Translations under genes and position numbers: made by a program
Shown: positions 1-7,423 of the stretch, one piece after another
Layout: each line of letters starts with the position of its first letter
Position numbering within the stretch: the stretch's first letter is position 1
The notes under the pieces: generated by a model
Seen by the model: the letters and a program-made list of their open reading frames with translations, nothing else
The model's database searches: none
What the model was told of the DNA's origin: nothing
Assembly (NCBI GenBank): GCA_001778635.1
Contig: MFHO01000001.1
Coordinates: 1 to 46,652 of the forward strand
Direction: 5' to 3'
Origin: Candidatus Giovannonibacteria bacterium RIFCSPHIGHO2_02_FULL_45_13
GTDB lineage: Bacteria; Patescibacteriota; Minisyncoccia; UBA11713; 2-01-FULL-45-33
DNA: 46,652 nucleotides

Positions 1-704
1 CTTATTTGGCGGACGGAACTCCTGTGGATATAATTTTAAATCCTTTGGGCGTTGCTTCGCGCATGAATATAGGCCAAATTTTAGAAACGCATTTAGGCTG
101 GGCAGCCGATAAGTTGGGATACATGGCGATAACGCCAGCTCTTGCGGGCGCGACCGAAGCGGAAATCAAAGGAGAGTTAAAAAAAGCAGGTTTGCCGGAA
201 GACGGCAAAGTCAAGCTTTTCGACGGCCGCACCGGCAAAGAATTTGACCAAAAAATAACAGTAGGAATGATTTATATGATGAAGCTTTCACATATGGTTG
301 AGGATAAGATTCACATGCGCTCAATAGGCCCTTATTCTTTAATAACTCAACAGCCTTTGGGAGGCAAAGCTCAAGGCGGCGGCCAGCGTTTCGGAGAAAT
401 GGAAGTCTGGGCTTTGGAGGGTTACGGTGCGGCGCATACTTTGCAAGAAATGCTTACCATTAAATCCGATGACGTTTTGGGCAGGGCGGCCGCTTACGAC
501 GCGATTATCAGAGGAGAACCATTCCGCGCGCCCAATGTTCCCGCGTCGTTTCATGTTTTAATAAACGAGCTTAAGGGTTTAGCGCTAGATGTTGAGTTAA
601 GAGGCGTCGTAAGCGCGGCGGAGGATTTTGAAGAGGAAAAATTAAAGAATAGAGCAAAAATTAAAGACAGGGAGCGCCTTGAAGAATTTATTGAAGCAGA
701 GTAA
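1..704 (+). CDS. rpoB: DNA-directed RNA polymerase beta subunit, C-terminal fragment (5' end lies outside the window)
   Basis: The translation contains conserved RpoB C-terminal blocks: [84 protein letters not shown]. The open frame runs from the window edge and rpoC follows immediately. Confidence 0.97.
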   Translation, partial: YLADGTPVDIILNPLGVASRMNIGQILETHLGWAADKLGYMAITPALAGATEAEIKGELKKAGLPEDGKVKLFDGRTGKEFDQKITVGMIYMMKLSHMVEDKIHMRSIGPYSLITQQPLGGKAQGGGQRFGEMEVWALEGYGAAHTLQEMLTIKSDDVLGRAAAYDAIIRGEPFRAPNVPASFHVLINELKGLALDVELRGVVSAAEDFEEEKLKNRAKIKDRERLEEFIEAE

Positions 705-715
705 TTAATATTTAG

Positions 716-3700
716 ATGACAGAAACAACGCAAAAAATTACGGATTTTAAATCTCTATCGATCAGGCTGGCTTCCCGGGAAAAAATCTTGAGTTGGTCCA
801 GAGGAGAGATTACCAAACCAGAAACAATCAACTACCGCACGCAGAGGCCTGAAAAGGACGGGCTTTTTGATGAGCGCGTTTTCGGGCCGGAGAAGGATTT
901 CGAATGTTATTGCGGGAAATATAAGCGCGTGAGATACAAGGGCATTGTTTGCGATAAATGCGGCGTTGAAGTTACCAGATCAATTGTACGGAGGGAGCGC
1001 ATGGGTCATATTGATTTGGCCTCGCCAGTGTCGCACATTTGGTTTTTGAGGGGCGTTCCGTCGCACGTCGGACTTTTACTGGATATGTCTGTTGCAGATC
1101 TTGAGCGCGTTATTTATTTCGGCGGTTATGTTGTAACTCATATTAACGAAAGAGCGCGAAAAGAAATTTTGGCGGCGGTTGAAAAAGAATTTAAATCCAA
1201 ATCAAAATCCGTTTCAGCCGCAGAGCGCGATACGTTGAAAAATCTTTATGACGTTACTGTCGCGGAAATCAAAGCTTTGCAAGAAAGAACCGTAATTTCC
1301 GAAGTAGAATATCACCGCTTCAGCCTTAAATACGCAAATGTTTTCGAAGCCGGCATCGGCGCCGAAGCCCTGCGCAAGCTTTGTTCGGAAATTAATTTGG
1401 GCGCTTTGGCTTCCGGTTTGAAAATTGAGTTGGAGACGGCGACGCCTTTGCAGAAAAAAAGGATTTTAAGGAGATTGCGCTTGGCCGCATCAATGGCCAG
1501 GTCGGGCGTGCGGCCGGAGTGGATGTTTCTTTCCGTTATTCCGGTGATCCCGCCGGCGCTTCGCCCAATGGTGCAATTGGAAGGAGGGAGGCACGCAACT
1601 TCAGACATAAACGATCTTTACAGGCGCGTGATTAACAGAAACAACCGCTTGAAAAAGCTGCTTGAAATCAAAGCGCCGGAAGTAATTGTGCGAAACGAAA
1701 AACGCATGCTTCAGGAATCCGTTGACGCGCTGATTGATAATTCCATTAAGCGCACGCAGGGACCGGCCGCGGTTTCGCAGGCGCAAAAAAGGCCTCTCCG
1801 GTCGTTAGCGGATATGCTAAAAGGCAAGCAGGGCAGGTTCAGGCAAAATTTATTGGGCAAGCGCGTTGATTATTCTGGCCGATCGGTAATCGTGGTAGGT
1901 CCGGAATTAAAGCTTCACCAATGCGGACTTCCGAAACACATGGCTTTGGAGCTTTTTCGCCCCTTTGTTATCAATCATTTGATTACCCGCGGCTTGGCGC
2001 ACACAATTAAGGGCGCCGGGCGGTTTATTGACGACTTGAAGCCGGAAATTTGGGAGAGTTTAGAAGAGGTTATCAGAGACAAGTATGTGCTTTTGAATCG
2101 CGCTCCCACGCTGCATCGTTTGGGTATACAGGCTTTCCAGCCGATTCTTATTGAAGGCAACGCAATCCGCCTTCATCCTTTGGTTTGCGTTGCTTTCAAC
2201 GCCGATTTTGACGGCGATCAAATGGCTGTGCACGTGCCTTTGACCGATGAGGCCCAAATGGAAGCGAGGGATATTATGGCTTCCGTCAAAAATCTTCTCA
2301 AGCCCGGAAACGGCGAACCCGTTATTACTCCGACTCAAGACATTGTTATGGGCATAGCGTATCTTACCCGCATTCGCCCGGGAGCCGGCGGCGAGGGAAA
2401 ATATTTTGGGAGCCCGAATGAAGCAATTTTAGCTTATGATTACGGTTGGGTCGGCGTTCACGCGAAAATTTTTGTTAAAACTACCAAAACGCCGAAATAT
2501 AAAAATCTCGGCGATATTATAGAAACTTCCGTAGGCCGCCTGCTTTTCAATAGCGTTTTGCCGCGCGATTACGCGTTTTTGAATCAGGAAATGAAGAAAA
2601 AGGATTTGGAGAAAGTCGTGTCCAACATGATTCAGCGCTACGGCGGCGATGAAATTCCGCAGATTCTCGATCGCATTAAAAGCCTTGGGTTTAAACATGC
2701 CACGGAATCCGGGATTTCCTGGGGGATGGACGATATTCAGGTTCCGCACGAGAAGCAGGCTTACATAGCGGAAGCAAAAGAAAGCGGGCGCACCATCGAA
2801 AGCCAATATGAACAAGGCCTGCTTACCGACAAAGAACGTTATGAAAAAATCATCGAGGTTTGGTCAAATGTTAAGACAAAAGTTGACGAACTGGCTCCAG
2901 CTGTGCTTGAGCCTTATGGGCCAATACACTACATGGTTTCTTCCGGCGCGAGAGGAAACTGGGCGCAAATCAATCAATTGGCTTCAATGAAGGGCTTAGT
3001 TGTTAATCCGGCTGGCCGCACGATCGAGCTTCCGATTTTGGCAAGTTACAAAGAAGGATTGGCAGTGCTTGAATATTTTATTTCTACTCATGCCTCGAGA
3101 AAAGGCACGGCGGATACTGCGCTTAAAACCGCTGCCGCAGGCTACCTTACCCGCAGGCTTGTTGACGTCTCGCAGGATATTATTATTTCCGAGCCCGATT
3201 GCAAAGACGAAAGCGGGTTTGAGGTCAGAAAAATTGATTTTGAAAAATTAGGCAAAAATTTTGCAAGCCGCATCTTCGGCCGCGTTTTAGCTGCCGATGT
3301 TTTAGACCCGTCCTCCAAAAAACCTTTATTTAAAAAAGGCCATTTGCTGTCTTTCGCGGACGCGGAAAAAATAGCCGGATCTGATATATCAGTTGTTACA
3401 ATTCGTTCGCCGATAACCTGCCGCTCTCACAAGGGCATCTGCCAGCTTTGCTACGGCTATGATTTGGGCTACAATACTCCGGTCAAACTCGGAGAGGCTG
3501 TGGGTATTGTTGCCGCTCAAGCAATCGGTGAGCCTGGCACACAGCTTACAATGCGCACTTTTCACGTCGGCGGCATTGCGGGAGCCGCAGACATTACTAT
3601 GGGTTTGCCTCGAGTTGAAGAAATTTTTGAACTGCGCATGCCAAGAAGTCCTGCAATCCTTTCAAATGTGGCTGGCACTGTTTCTTCGGTTGTAGACGCT

Positions 3701-4342
3701 CCGGACGGCAGCAGAGATAAGGTGGTTAAAATTGACTCGCCGGACGGAGAAAAAGAATTCGCTGTTCCTTTCGGGAGAACGATTTTGGTTTCTGCGGGAG
3801 AAGCCGTTCAGCACGGTACAAGAATAACCGAGGGCGCAGCGGACATAAAAGAACTTTTGGCGGTAGCTGGTTCGAAAGCGGCGCAAAATTATATTCTATC
3901 GGAAGTGCAGCAGCTTTATACTTTCCAGGGAGCGTCAATTAATGATAAGCACATAGAAGTCATAGTCAGACAGATGTTTTCGCGTGTTCGGGTGAAGGAT
4001 CCGGGGTCCACAAAACTTTCTCTAGGAGAAATTATTGAAAAAGCGAAATTGCGTGAGGAAAATCTCAATATTAGAAAAGAAGGCGGAGCGTCTGCGCTCC
4101 CGGCGCGTGCGGCACAGCTGATGATGGGCATTACTAATGTCGCGCTGACTGCCGAAAGTTTCCTTTCAGCAGCCTCCTTTATGCAAACGATGCGCGTGCT
4201 CACTAACGCTTCCATTGAAGGAAAAGAGGATCGCCTGCGCGGCCTCAAAGAAAACGTTATTATCGGCCGCTTGGTGCCGGCCGGCACCGGCTACCGCAAA
4301 GAATACCTCAAAAAACTGGAATCGGCGAGAGAAGAGGAATGA
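716..4342 (+). CDS. rpoC: DNA-directed RNA polymerase beta' subunit (1208 aa)
   Basis: Zinc-binding CYCGKYKRVRYKGIVCDKCGVEV, catalytic NADFDGDQMAVHVP, and the trigger-loop/bridge-helix blocks (GLKENVIIGRLVPAGTG at the C-terminus). It starts 11 nt after the rpoB stop. Confidence 0.97.
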   Translation: MTETTQKITDFKSLSIRLASREKILSWSRGEITKPETINYRTQRPEKDGLFDERVFGPEKDFECYCGKYKRVRYKGIVCDKCGVEVTRSIVRRERMGHIDLASPVSHIWFLRGVPSHVGLLLDMSVADLERVIYFGGYVVTHINERARKEILAAVEKEFKSKSKSVSAAERDTLKNLYDVTVAEIKALQERTVISEVEYHRFSLKYANVFEAGIGAEALRKLCSEINLGALASGLKIELETATPLQKKRILRRLRLAASMARSGVRPEWMFLSVIPVIPPALRPMVQLEGGRHATSDINDLYRRVINRNNRLKKLLEIKAPEVIVRNEKRMLQESVDALIDNSIKRTQGPAAVSQAQKRPLRSLADMLKGKQGRFRQNLLGKRVDYSGRSVIVVGPELKLHQCGLPKHMALELFRPFVINHLITRGLAHTIKGAGRFIDDLKPEIWESLEEVIRDKYVLLNRAPTLHRLGIQAFQPILIEGNAIRLHPLVCVAFNADFDGDQMAVHVPLTDEAQMEARDIMASVKNLLKPGNGEPVITPTQDIVMGIAYLTRIRPGAGGEGKYFGSPNEAILAYDYGWVGVHAKIFVKTTKTPKYKNLGDIIETSVGRLLFNSVLPRDYAFLNQEMKKKDLEKVVSNMIQRYGGDEIPQILDRIKSLGFKHATESGISWGMDDIQVPHEKQAYIAEAKESGRTIESQYEQGLLTDKERYEKIIEVWSNVKTKVDELAPAVLEPYGPIHYMVSSGARGNWAQINQLASMKGLVVNPAGRTIELPILASYKEGLAVLEYFISTHASRKGTADTALKTAAAGYLTRRLVDVSQDIIISEPDCKDESGFEVRKIDFEKLGKNFASRIFGRVLAADVLDPSSKKPLFKKGHLLSFADAEKIAGSDISVVTIRSPITCRSHKGICQLCYGYDLGYNTPVKLGEAVGIVAAQAIGEPGTQLTMRTFHVGGIAGAADITMGLPRVEEIFELRMPRSPAILSNVAGTVSSVVDAPDGSRDKVVKIDSPDGEKEFAVPFGRTILVSAGEAVQHGTRITEGAADIKELLAVAGSKAAQNYILSEVQQLYTFQGASINDKHIEVIVRQMFSRVRVKDPGSTKLSLGEIIEKAKLREENLNIRKEGGASALPARAAQLMMGITNVALTAESFLSAASFMQTMRVLTNASIEGKEDRLRGLKENVIIGRLVPAGTGYRKEYLKKLESAREEE

Positions 4343-4767
4343 CCTCCCCTGATGTTATTGTGCCGTTTCTGTTCGGCTTGCCAACGAGTCTTTTGGGAAA
4401 TTTGAACATTGTTAAACGAGCGGAGGAGTTGGGTAAAGAGCTGAATATTCCTGTCAGCGAAATTGATGTTTCTGAGCGGATGTCTTCGACTTTAAAGTTT
4501 GTAAAAGCGCTTGCTGCGGTGGCCGATAGGAATGGCTGGAAGAAGATTTTGGTCGTTGCCGCGCCTGATCACGCTTGGCGTTGCGTTAGAGATTTGAAGA
4601 AGCTCGGCTTTGAAGCGGAAGCTGACGACTATTTTTCCAAAAACGGCATCCTGCTCTACGACAAAAATTCGGAGCAGTGGTGGACGCGGTCGCGATTTCT
4701 ATTTTGGCTGCGCGAAGTTCCGATTTTTCTTTTGCCGTTTTGGCTTTACGACAAGATAGCCGGTTGA
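4339..4767 (+). CDS. Hypothetical protein, weak DUF218/YdcF-like similarity
   Basis: The ATG overlaps the rpoC stop (ATGA at 4339-4342). The segment KKILVVAAPDHAWRCVRDLKKLGF resembles the C-terminal core of DUF218 proteins. Its stop codon sits inside terminator hairpin R1a. The function call is by eye only. Confidence 0.4.
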   Translation: MTSPDVIVPFLFGLPTSLLGNLNIVKRAEELGKELNIPVSEIDVSERMSSTLKFVKALAAVADRNGWKKILVVAAPDHAWRCVRDLKKLGFEAEADDYFSKNGILLYDKNSEQWWTRSRFLFWLREVPIFLLPFWLYDKIAG

Positions 4768-4797
4768 GTGAAATCACTCCCGGCTATTTTTATTTAT
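4758..4797 (+). terminator. Rho-independent terminator (repeat copy R1a)
   Basis: The stem pairs AGCCGG-(TT bulge)-GAGTG with CACTC-CCGGCT, the loop is AAAT, and ATTTTTATTTAT follows. About 37 of 42 nt (4749-4790) recur at 6911-6952. Confidence 0.75.
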
Positions 4798-5026
4798 CCG
4801 CTCGCCATTCAGTTTCCGGAATTCCTGATTGAACTATGATTGATTTAATTGTGCCTGGTTTGATTGGTTTAGAGCCGTGGAAAGGGACAGAAACTAATCT
4901 TTGCTCGCCGCCGTAAACGCCTTTGTAAAAATGTTCACTGCCTCTAACGCGATGCAGACCAAAGCCGTGCGCTTTCAGAAAACCAACAACATCTCTAAAA
5001 ACCCAGTTGGATAGTTTTTTAGGCAT
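4790..5026 (-). CDS. hicA: HicA-family type II toxin (mRNA interferase)
   Basis: 78 aa. LKAHGFGLHRVRGSEHFY...VSVPFHGSKPIKPGTIKSIIVQSGI matches the YcfA/HicA pattern (GSHxxy ... vP.H ... i..Gtl.sIl.q.G). It overlaps the upstream hicB by 8 nt. Confidence 0.8.
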   Translation of the reverse strand: MPKKLSNWVFRDVVGFLKAHGFGLHRVRGSEHFYKGVYGGEQRLVSVPFHGSKPIKPGTIKSIIVQSGIPETEWRADK

Positions 5027-5351
5027 AACTTAAGGATAGCTCGCCGCGCGTGTAGATTTCTCTTACTGTTTCTATGCTCTCTTTTGTTTTTCGTGTTATA
5101 AACTCGTCCCACATTTTTTCATACTCTTCCATAGGTTTTTGATTAAGCACATTTTCCGCTTTGATTTCGCGAGCTGATTCAATATAACCCTCTATTGCTT
5201 CCAACAAACACAAAAGCGCTTCGAGGGCGGAGTCGCCGGCCCTTACAATATTAAATTCCAAACCAACGGCATACCAAGCATTGTCTTCTGTGTCGCGATA
5301 GACAATGTATCTTACAGTACTTCTCCGAAGCGTATTTTTATATTTAGCCAT
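5019..5351 (-). CDS. hicB: HicB-like antitoxin (UPF0150 fold), no obvious C-terminal DNA-binding domain
   Basis: 110 aa. RYIVYRDTEDNAWYAVGLEFNIVRAGDSALEALLCLLEAIEGYIE is typical of the HicB N-terminal domain. It is translationally coupled to hicA. Confidence 0.65.
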   Translation of the reverse strand: MAKYKNTLRRSTVRYIVYRDTEDNAWYAVGLEFNIVRAGDSALEALLCLLEAIEGYIESAREIKAENVLNQKPMEEYEKMWDEFITRKTKESIETVREIYTRGELSLSYA

Positions 5352-5363
5352 ATCCGCATATTA

Positions 5364-6482
5364 TCATGTGTGTAGCAATACGCAAATACCTGTATAATGC
5401 AACCCGATTTTGGACTCCTGAGGCAAATTAACTGGTAAAAAGCTTGGTTGAAGCGTCATCATAAATTGTATCGGTGAAAGTTTGTTTTGGAAAGCATGGT
5501 GAACTCTTTCGGTATTGTAGAAAATAAGATAATCAATTAATTTGCGGTTGAATTCATCGGGGTTCAAAAGCAGAAAAGCGTGGTAATCAATAAATTCCTC
5601 TTGAATTGTGCGATTGAATCGTTCCAGATGAGCATTCATCTTGGGTGTTTTGGGGTATGTATGATAATGAATCATGTGCAATCGGCGCAATTCCTCATCA
5701 AAATGCTTTTTGAATTCAGAACCGTTATCGGTCAGAACATGCTGGAATTCGAACGGATAAGGAAATGCCCTGCGGCATAAGTCAAAGAATTCTTTGGCTG
5801 CCAAAGAGGCATGTGATTTGGTAGCCCACGCAAAAGCGAATCTGGTATGTATATCTTCAAACGTAATCACGTATCTCCTGCAGCCATTTACAAATCTTTC
5901 TACGGTATCCAAGGCAACCAAATGGCCTGCGTAAAGAGTCCTGAAATCACGAGGCTTTATAAGGATTTTTTGCCTGTTGGCCTTCTGCGCCTTTCCAAAA
6001 TGAGATACCTTTTGCGGAAATGTCCTAAGTCCGCCGAGATCTTTAATCAAATTTGCAATGGTTCTTGGCTTGGGGCATTTCAGATTTTTTGATATGCAAA
6101 AAGTGTAAAGCAGGGGGTGTATTTTATCCGGTCCCAGATTGGGATGGTTTTCCCGGTCCCTGACTCTCTTGATTTCTTGAATAACTTCCAACGACCAGAG
6201 TCTCTTTCTTTTTGTTTGCGGCGCCTTTGATTTTTCGTTTAAAGTCTCGATTTTCTTTCCTCCAGACTCCCATTGCTGCTTCCAGAGGTATAGATTAGAC
6301 CTTTTGTGAGGAAAAGCGTCTACAGTTGCTCGAAGGCCGTGCTTTTCCCAAAATACCAAAACTTTTGCCTTGAGCTTAGCTTTTTCTGTAATCATATACC
6401 GATATCTTAAGGCATCGTTGTAGACCGTGATAAATCCCTTGATACCGGCGTATTTGCAATGAATATGGTTAAAAAACTCCAT
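5364..6482 (-). CDS. DDE (rve/integrase-core) transposase, IS481-like
   Basis: Catalytic triad context: HLVALDTV (D), VLTDNGSEF (D), HLERFNRTIQEEF (E). The N-terminal part is HTH-like. The last 9 codons (5364-5390) read out of the IS into flanking DNA. Confidence 0.88.
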   Translation of the reverse strand: MEFFNHIHCKYAGIKGFITVYNDALRYRYMITEKAKLKAKVLVFWEKHGLRATVDAFPHKRSNLYLWKQQWESGGKKIETLNEKSKAPQTKRKRLWSLEVIQEIKRVRDRENHPNLGPDKIHPLLYTFCISKNLKCPKPRTIANLIKDLGGLRTFPQKVSHFGKAQKANRQKILIKPRDFRTLYAGHLVALDTVERFVNGCRRYVITFEDIHTRFAFAWATKSHASLAAKEFFDLCRRAFPYPFEFQHVLTDNGSEFKKHFDEELRRLHMIHYHTYPKTPKMNAHLERFNRTIQEEFIDYHAFLLLNPDEFNRKLIDYLIFYNTERVHHAFQNKLSPIQFMMTLQPSFLPVNLPQESKIGLHYTGICVLLHT

Positions 6483-6527
6483 AAGGCTAAGGCCTCATGG
6501 AGTCCAAGATGTATCTTGCATTATGCA
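5391..6527 (-). mobile_element. Intact IS481-like insertion sequence (1137 bp) with terminal inverted repeats and a 5-bp target-site duplication
   Basis: Left end 5391 TGTATAATGCAAC-CCGATT-TTGGACTCC-TGAGGC. Reverse complement of the right end (from 6527) TGCATAATGCAAG-ATACATC-TTGGACTCC-ATGAGGC. ATACC occurs directly outside both ends (5386-5390 and 6528-6532). A single DDE transposase ORF fills the element. Confidence 0.8.
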
Positions 6528-6549
6528 ATACCACGGCAAAGAATCTCAT

Positions 6550-6584
6550 TATGTGCTTGCACATTACCACGCGCTATTGACTTT
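6550..6584. repeat. Direct repeat R2a (35 bp, identical to 7338-7372); contains TGTGC-TT-GCACA and a TTGACT -35 box
   Basis: TATGTGCTTGCACATTACCACGCGCTATTGACTTT was read at both positions with no mismatch. Confidence 0.9.
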
Positions 6585-6605
6585 ATAAACAGATAGGAGT
6601 ACAAT
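6577..6605 (+). promoter_or_regulatory. Sigma70-like promoter TTGACT-N17-TACAAT upstream of the 72-aa ORF
   Basis: -35 at 6577-6582 (inside R2a), a 17-nt spacer, -10 at 6600-6605. AAGGAGG at 6641-6647 lies 7 nt before the ATG at 6655. Confidence 0.6.
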
Positions 6606-6654
6606 TAAGGCAGAAAAACAAGCCGTTGAGACATCAAACAAAGGAGGAGATAAT

Positions 6655-6873
6655 ATGCTAAAGAGCCAAAGCAAGAGTAGGAGTGGGGCAAGAAGTAAGA
6701 TTAAAGTAATCGCCGGTATTAAATATGTGGGGCCTCGTGTTTTGCACCCGCAGCAGCTGGTAGATCTAAATCTATCGAACTCCAATATTCACACGTGGGC
6801 TGGGCTAGCTGGGTGCACTTGTGGCGCAACCGGTCGTTGTCAGTGTTGTAAGCGGGGCGTATATACATTGTGA
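6655..6873 (+). CDS. Small basic peptide with a Cys-rich C-terminus (72 aa), function unknown
   Basis: MLKSQSKSRSGARSKIKV...HTWAGLAGCTCGATGRCQCCKRGVYTL. It has its own consensus-like promoter, a perfect AAGGAGG SD (rare in this window) and its own terminator (R1b). I recognised no homology. Confidence 0.5.
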   Translation: MLKSQSKSRSGARSKIKVIAGIKYVGPRVLHPQQLVDLNLSNSNIHTWAGLAGCTCGATGRCQCCKRGVYTL

Positions 6874-6920
6874 ATGGATACAAAATAAAATTATAGAAGA
6901 TCAGATGAAACGCCGAGATG

Positions 6921-6958
6921 GCCGGTTGAGTGAACTCACTCCCGGCTATTTATTTTTT
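6921..6958 (+). terminator. Rho-independent terminator (repeat copy R1b)
   Basis: The stem pairs GCCGG-(TT)-GAGTG with CACTC-CCGGC, the loop is AACT, and TATTTATTTTTT follows. Within the hairpin the only difference from R1a is in the loop, so the stem is conserved. Confidence 0.75.
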
Positions 6959-6971
6959 CTATATATACCTT

Positions 6972-6989
6972 TTCGCACGAAAAGTTCTA
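6972..6989. repeat. Direct repeat R3a (18 bp TTCGCACGAAAAGTTCTA), identical to 7318-7335
   Basis: Exact 18-nt match. R3a lies just upstream of the arsR-like -10 box (TACAAT 6993-6998) and R3b lies just downstream of the arsR-like stop. Confidence 0.85.
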
Positions 6990-7006
6990 TGCTACAATGG
7001 CATATT

Positions 7007-7279
7007 ATGAAAAAGATTGAGAAAACTTTTAAAGCGCTAGCTAATTATAAAAGATTGGAGATTTTAGCTTTTATTAGTAAAAACAAAAGCGCTTCGGTTG
7101 GTGAAATAGCTGAGAAAATAAAGACATCGATTAAATCAACTTCCAAGCATTTGCTTACGCTTTATCACGCCGACTTTTTAACAAAAGAACGCGTATATGG
7201 TTTAACGCTTTATTCTTTAAACGATAAACTTGGTGATACGGAGAAATCATTGCTAAATGTGTTGCACGAACATTTTTAA
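7007..7279 (+). CDS. ArsR/SmtB-family winged-helix transcriptional regulator (90 aa)
   Basis: FKALANYKRLEILAFISKNKSASVGEIAEKIKTSIKSTSKHLLTLYHADFLTKERVYGLTLYSL matches the HTH_20/ArsR pattern. I moved the start to 7007 because the longer 6821 frame runs through terminator R1b. The protein has no Cys residues. Confidence 0.8.
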   Translation: MKKIEKTFKALANYKRLEILAFISKNKSASVGEIAEKIKTSIKSTSKHLLTLYHADFLTKERVYGLTLYSLNDKLGDTEKSLLNVLHEHF

Positions 7280-7317
7280 CGGATTCTATATTTTGCCCCA
7301 AACTATATTTAGAACAA

Positions 7318-7335
7318 TTCGCACGAAAAGTTCTA
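7318..7335. repeat. Direct repeat R3b
   Basis: See R3a. Confidence 0.85.
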
Positions 7336-7337
7336 CA

Positions 7338-7372
7338 TATGTGCTTGCACATTACCACGCGCTATTGACTTT
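7338..7372. repeat. Direct repeat R2b
   Basis: See R2a. Here TTGACT (7365-7370)-N17-TAACTT (7388-7393) precedes the TTG-start ORF at 7424. Confidence 0.9.
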
Positions 7373-7423
7373 GTTTTTAAACTAAGTTAACTTCTAACTA
7401 GGTTTGAAATGGGGGTTTGAAAA

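Noticed and set aside
6564-6785. Minus-strand 73-aa hydrophobic ORF overlapping the Cys-rich peptide ORF.
   Set aside because: It needs a TTG start and has no SD or promoter that I can see. The plus-strand frame has a promoter, a perfect SD and a terminator. I did not annotate it as a CDS, but I mention it as an alternative in the peptide finding.
6776-6873. A tRNA or other structured RNA in the locally GC-richer stretch 6790-6870.
   Set aside because: I could not fold a cloverleaf or find T-loop (GTTCRANNC) or D-loop signatures. The stretch is better explained as the Cys/Gly-rich coding end of the small ORF.
6821-7006. N-terminal extension of the ArsR ORF (track start 6821).
   Set aside because: The extension overlaps the peptide ORF and runs through terminator hairpin R1b. 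The ArsR-homologous sequence begins at the Met at 7007, directly after a -10-like TACAAT.
6550-7372. Possible CRISPR array, suggested by identical 35-bp repeats about 790 bp apart.
   Set aside because: There are only two copies, the spacing is far larger than CRISPR spacers, the repeats contain promoter elements, and no cas genes are present.
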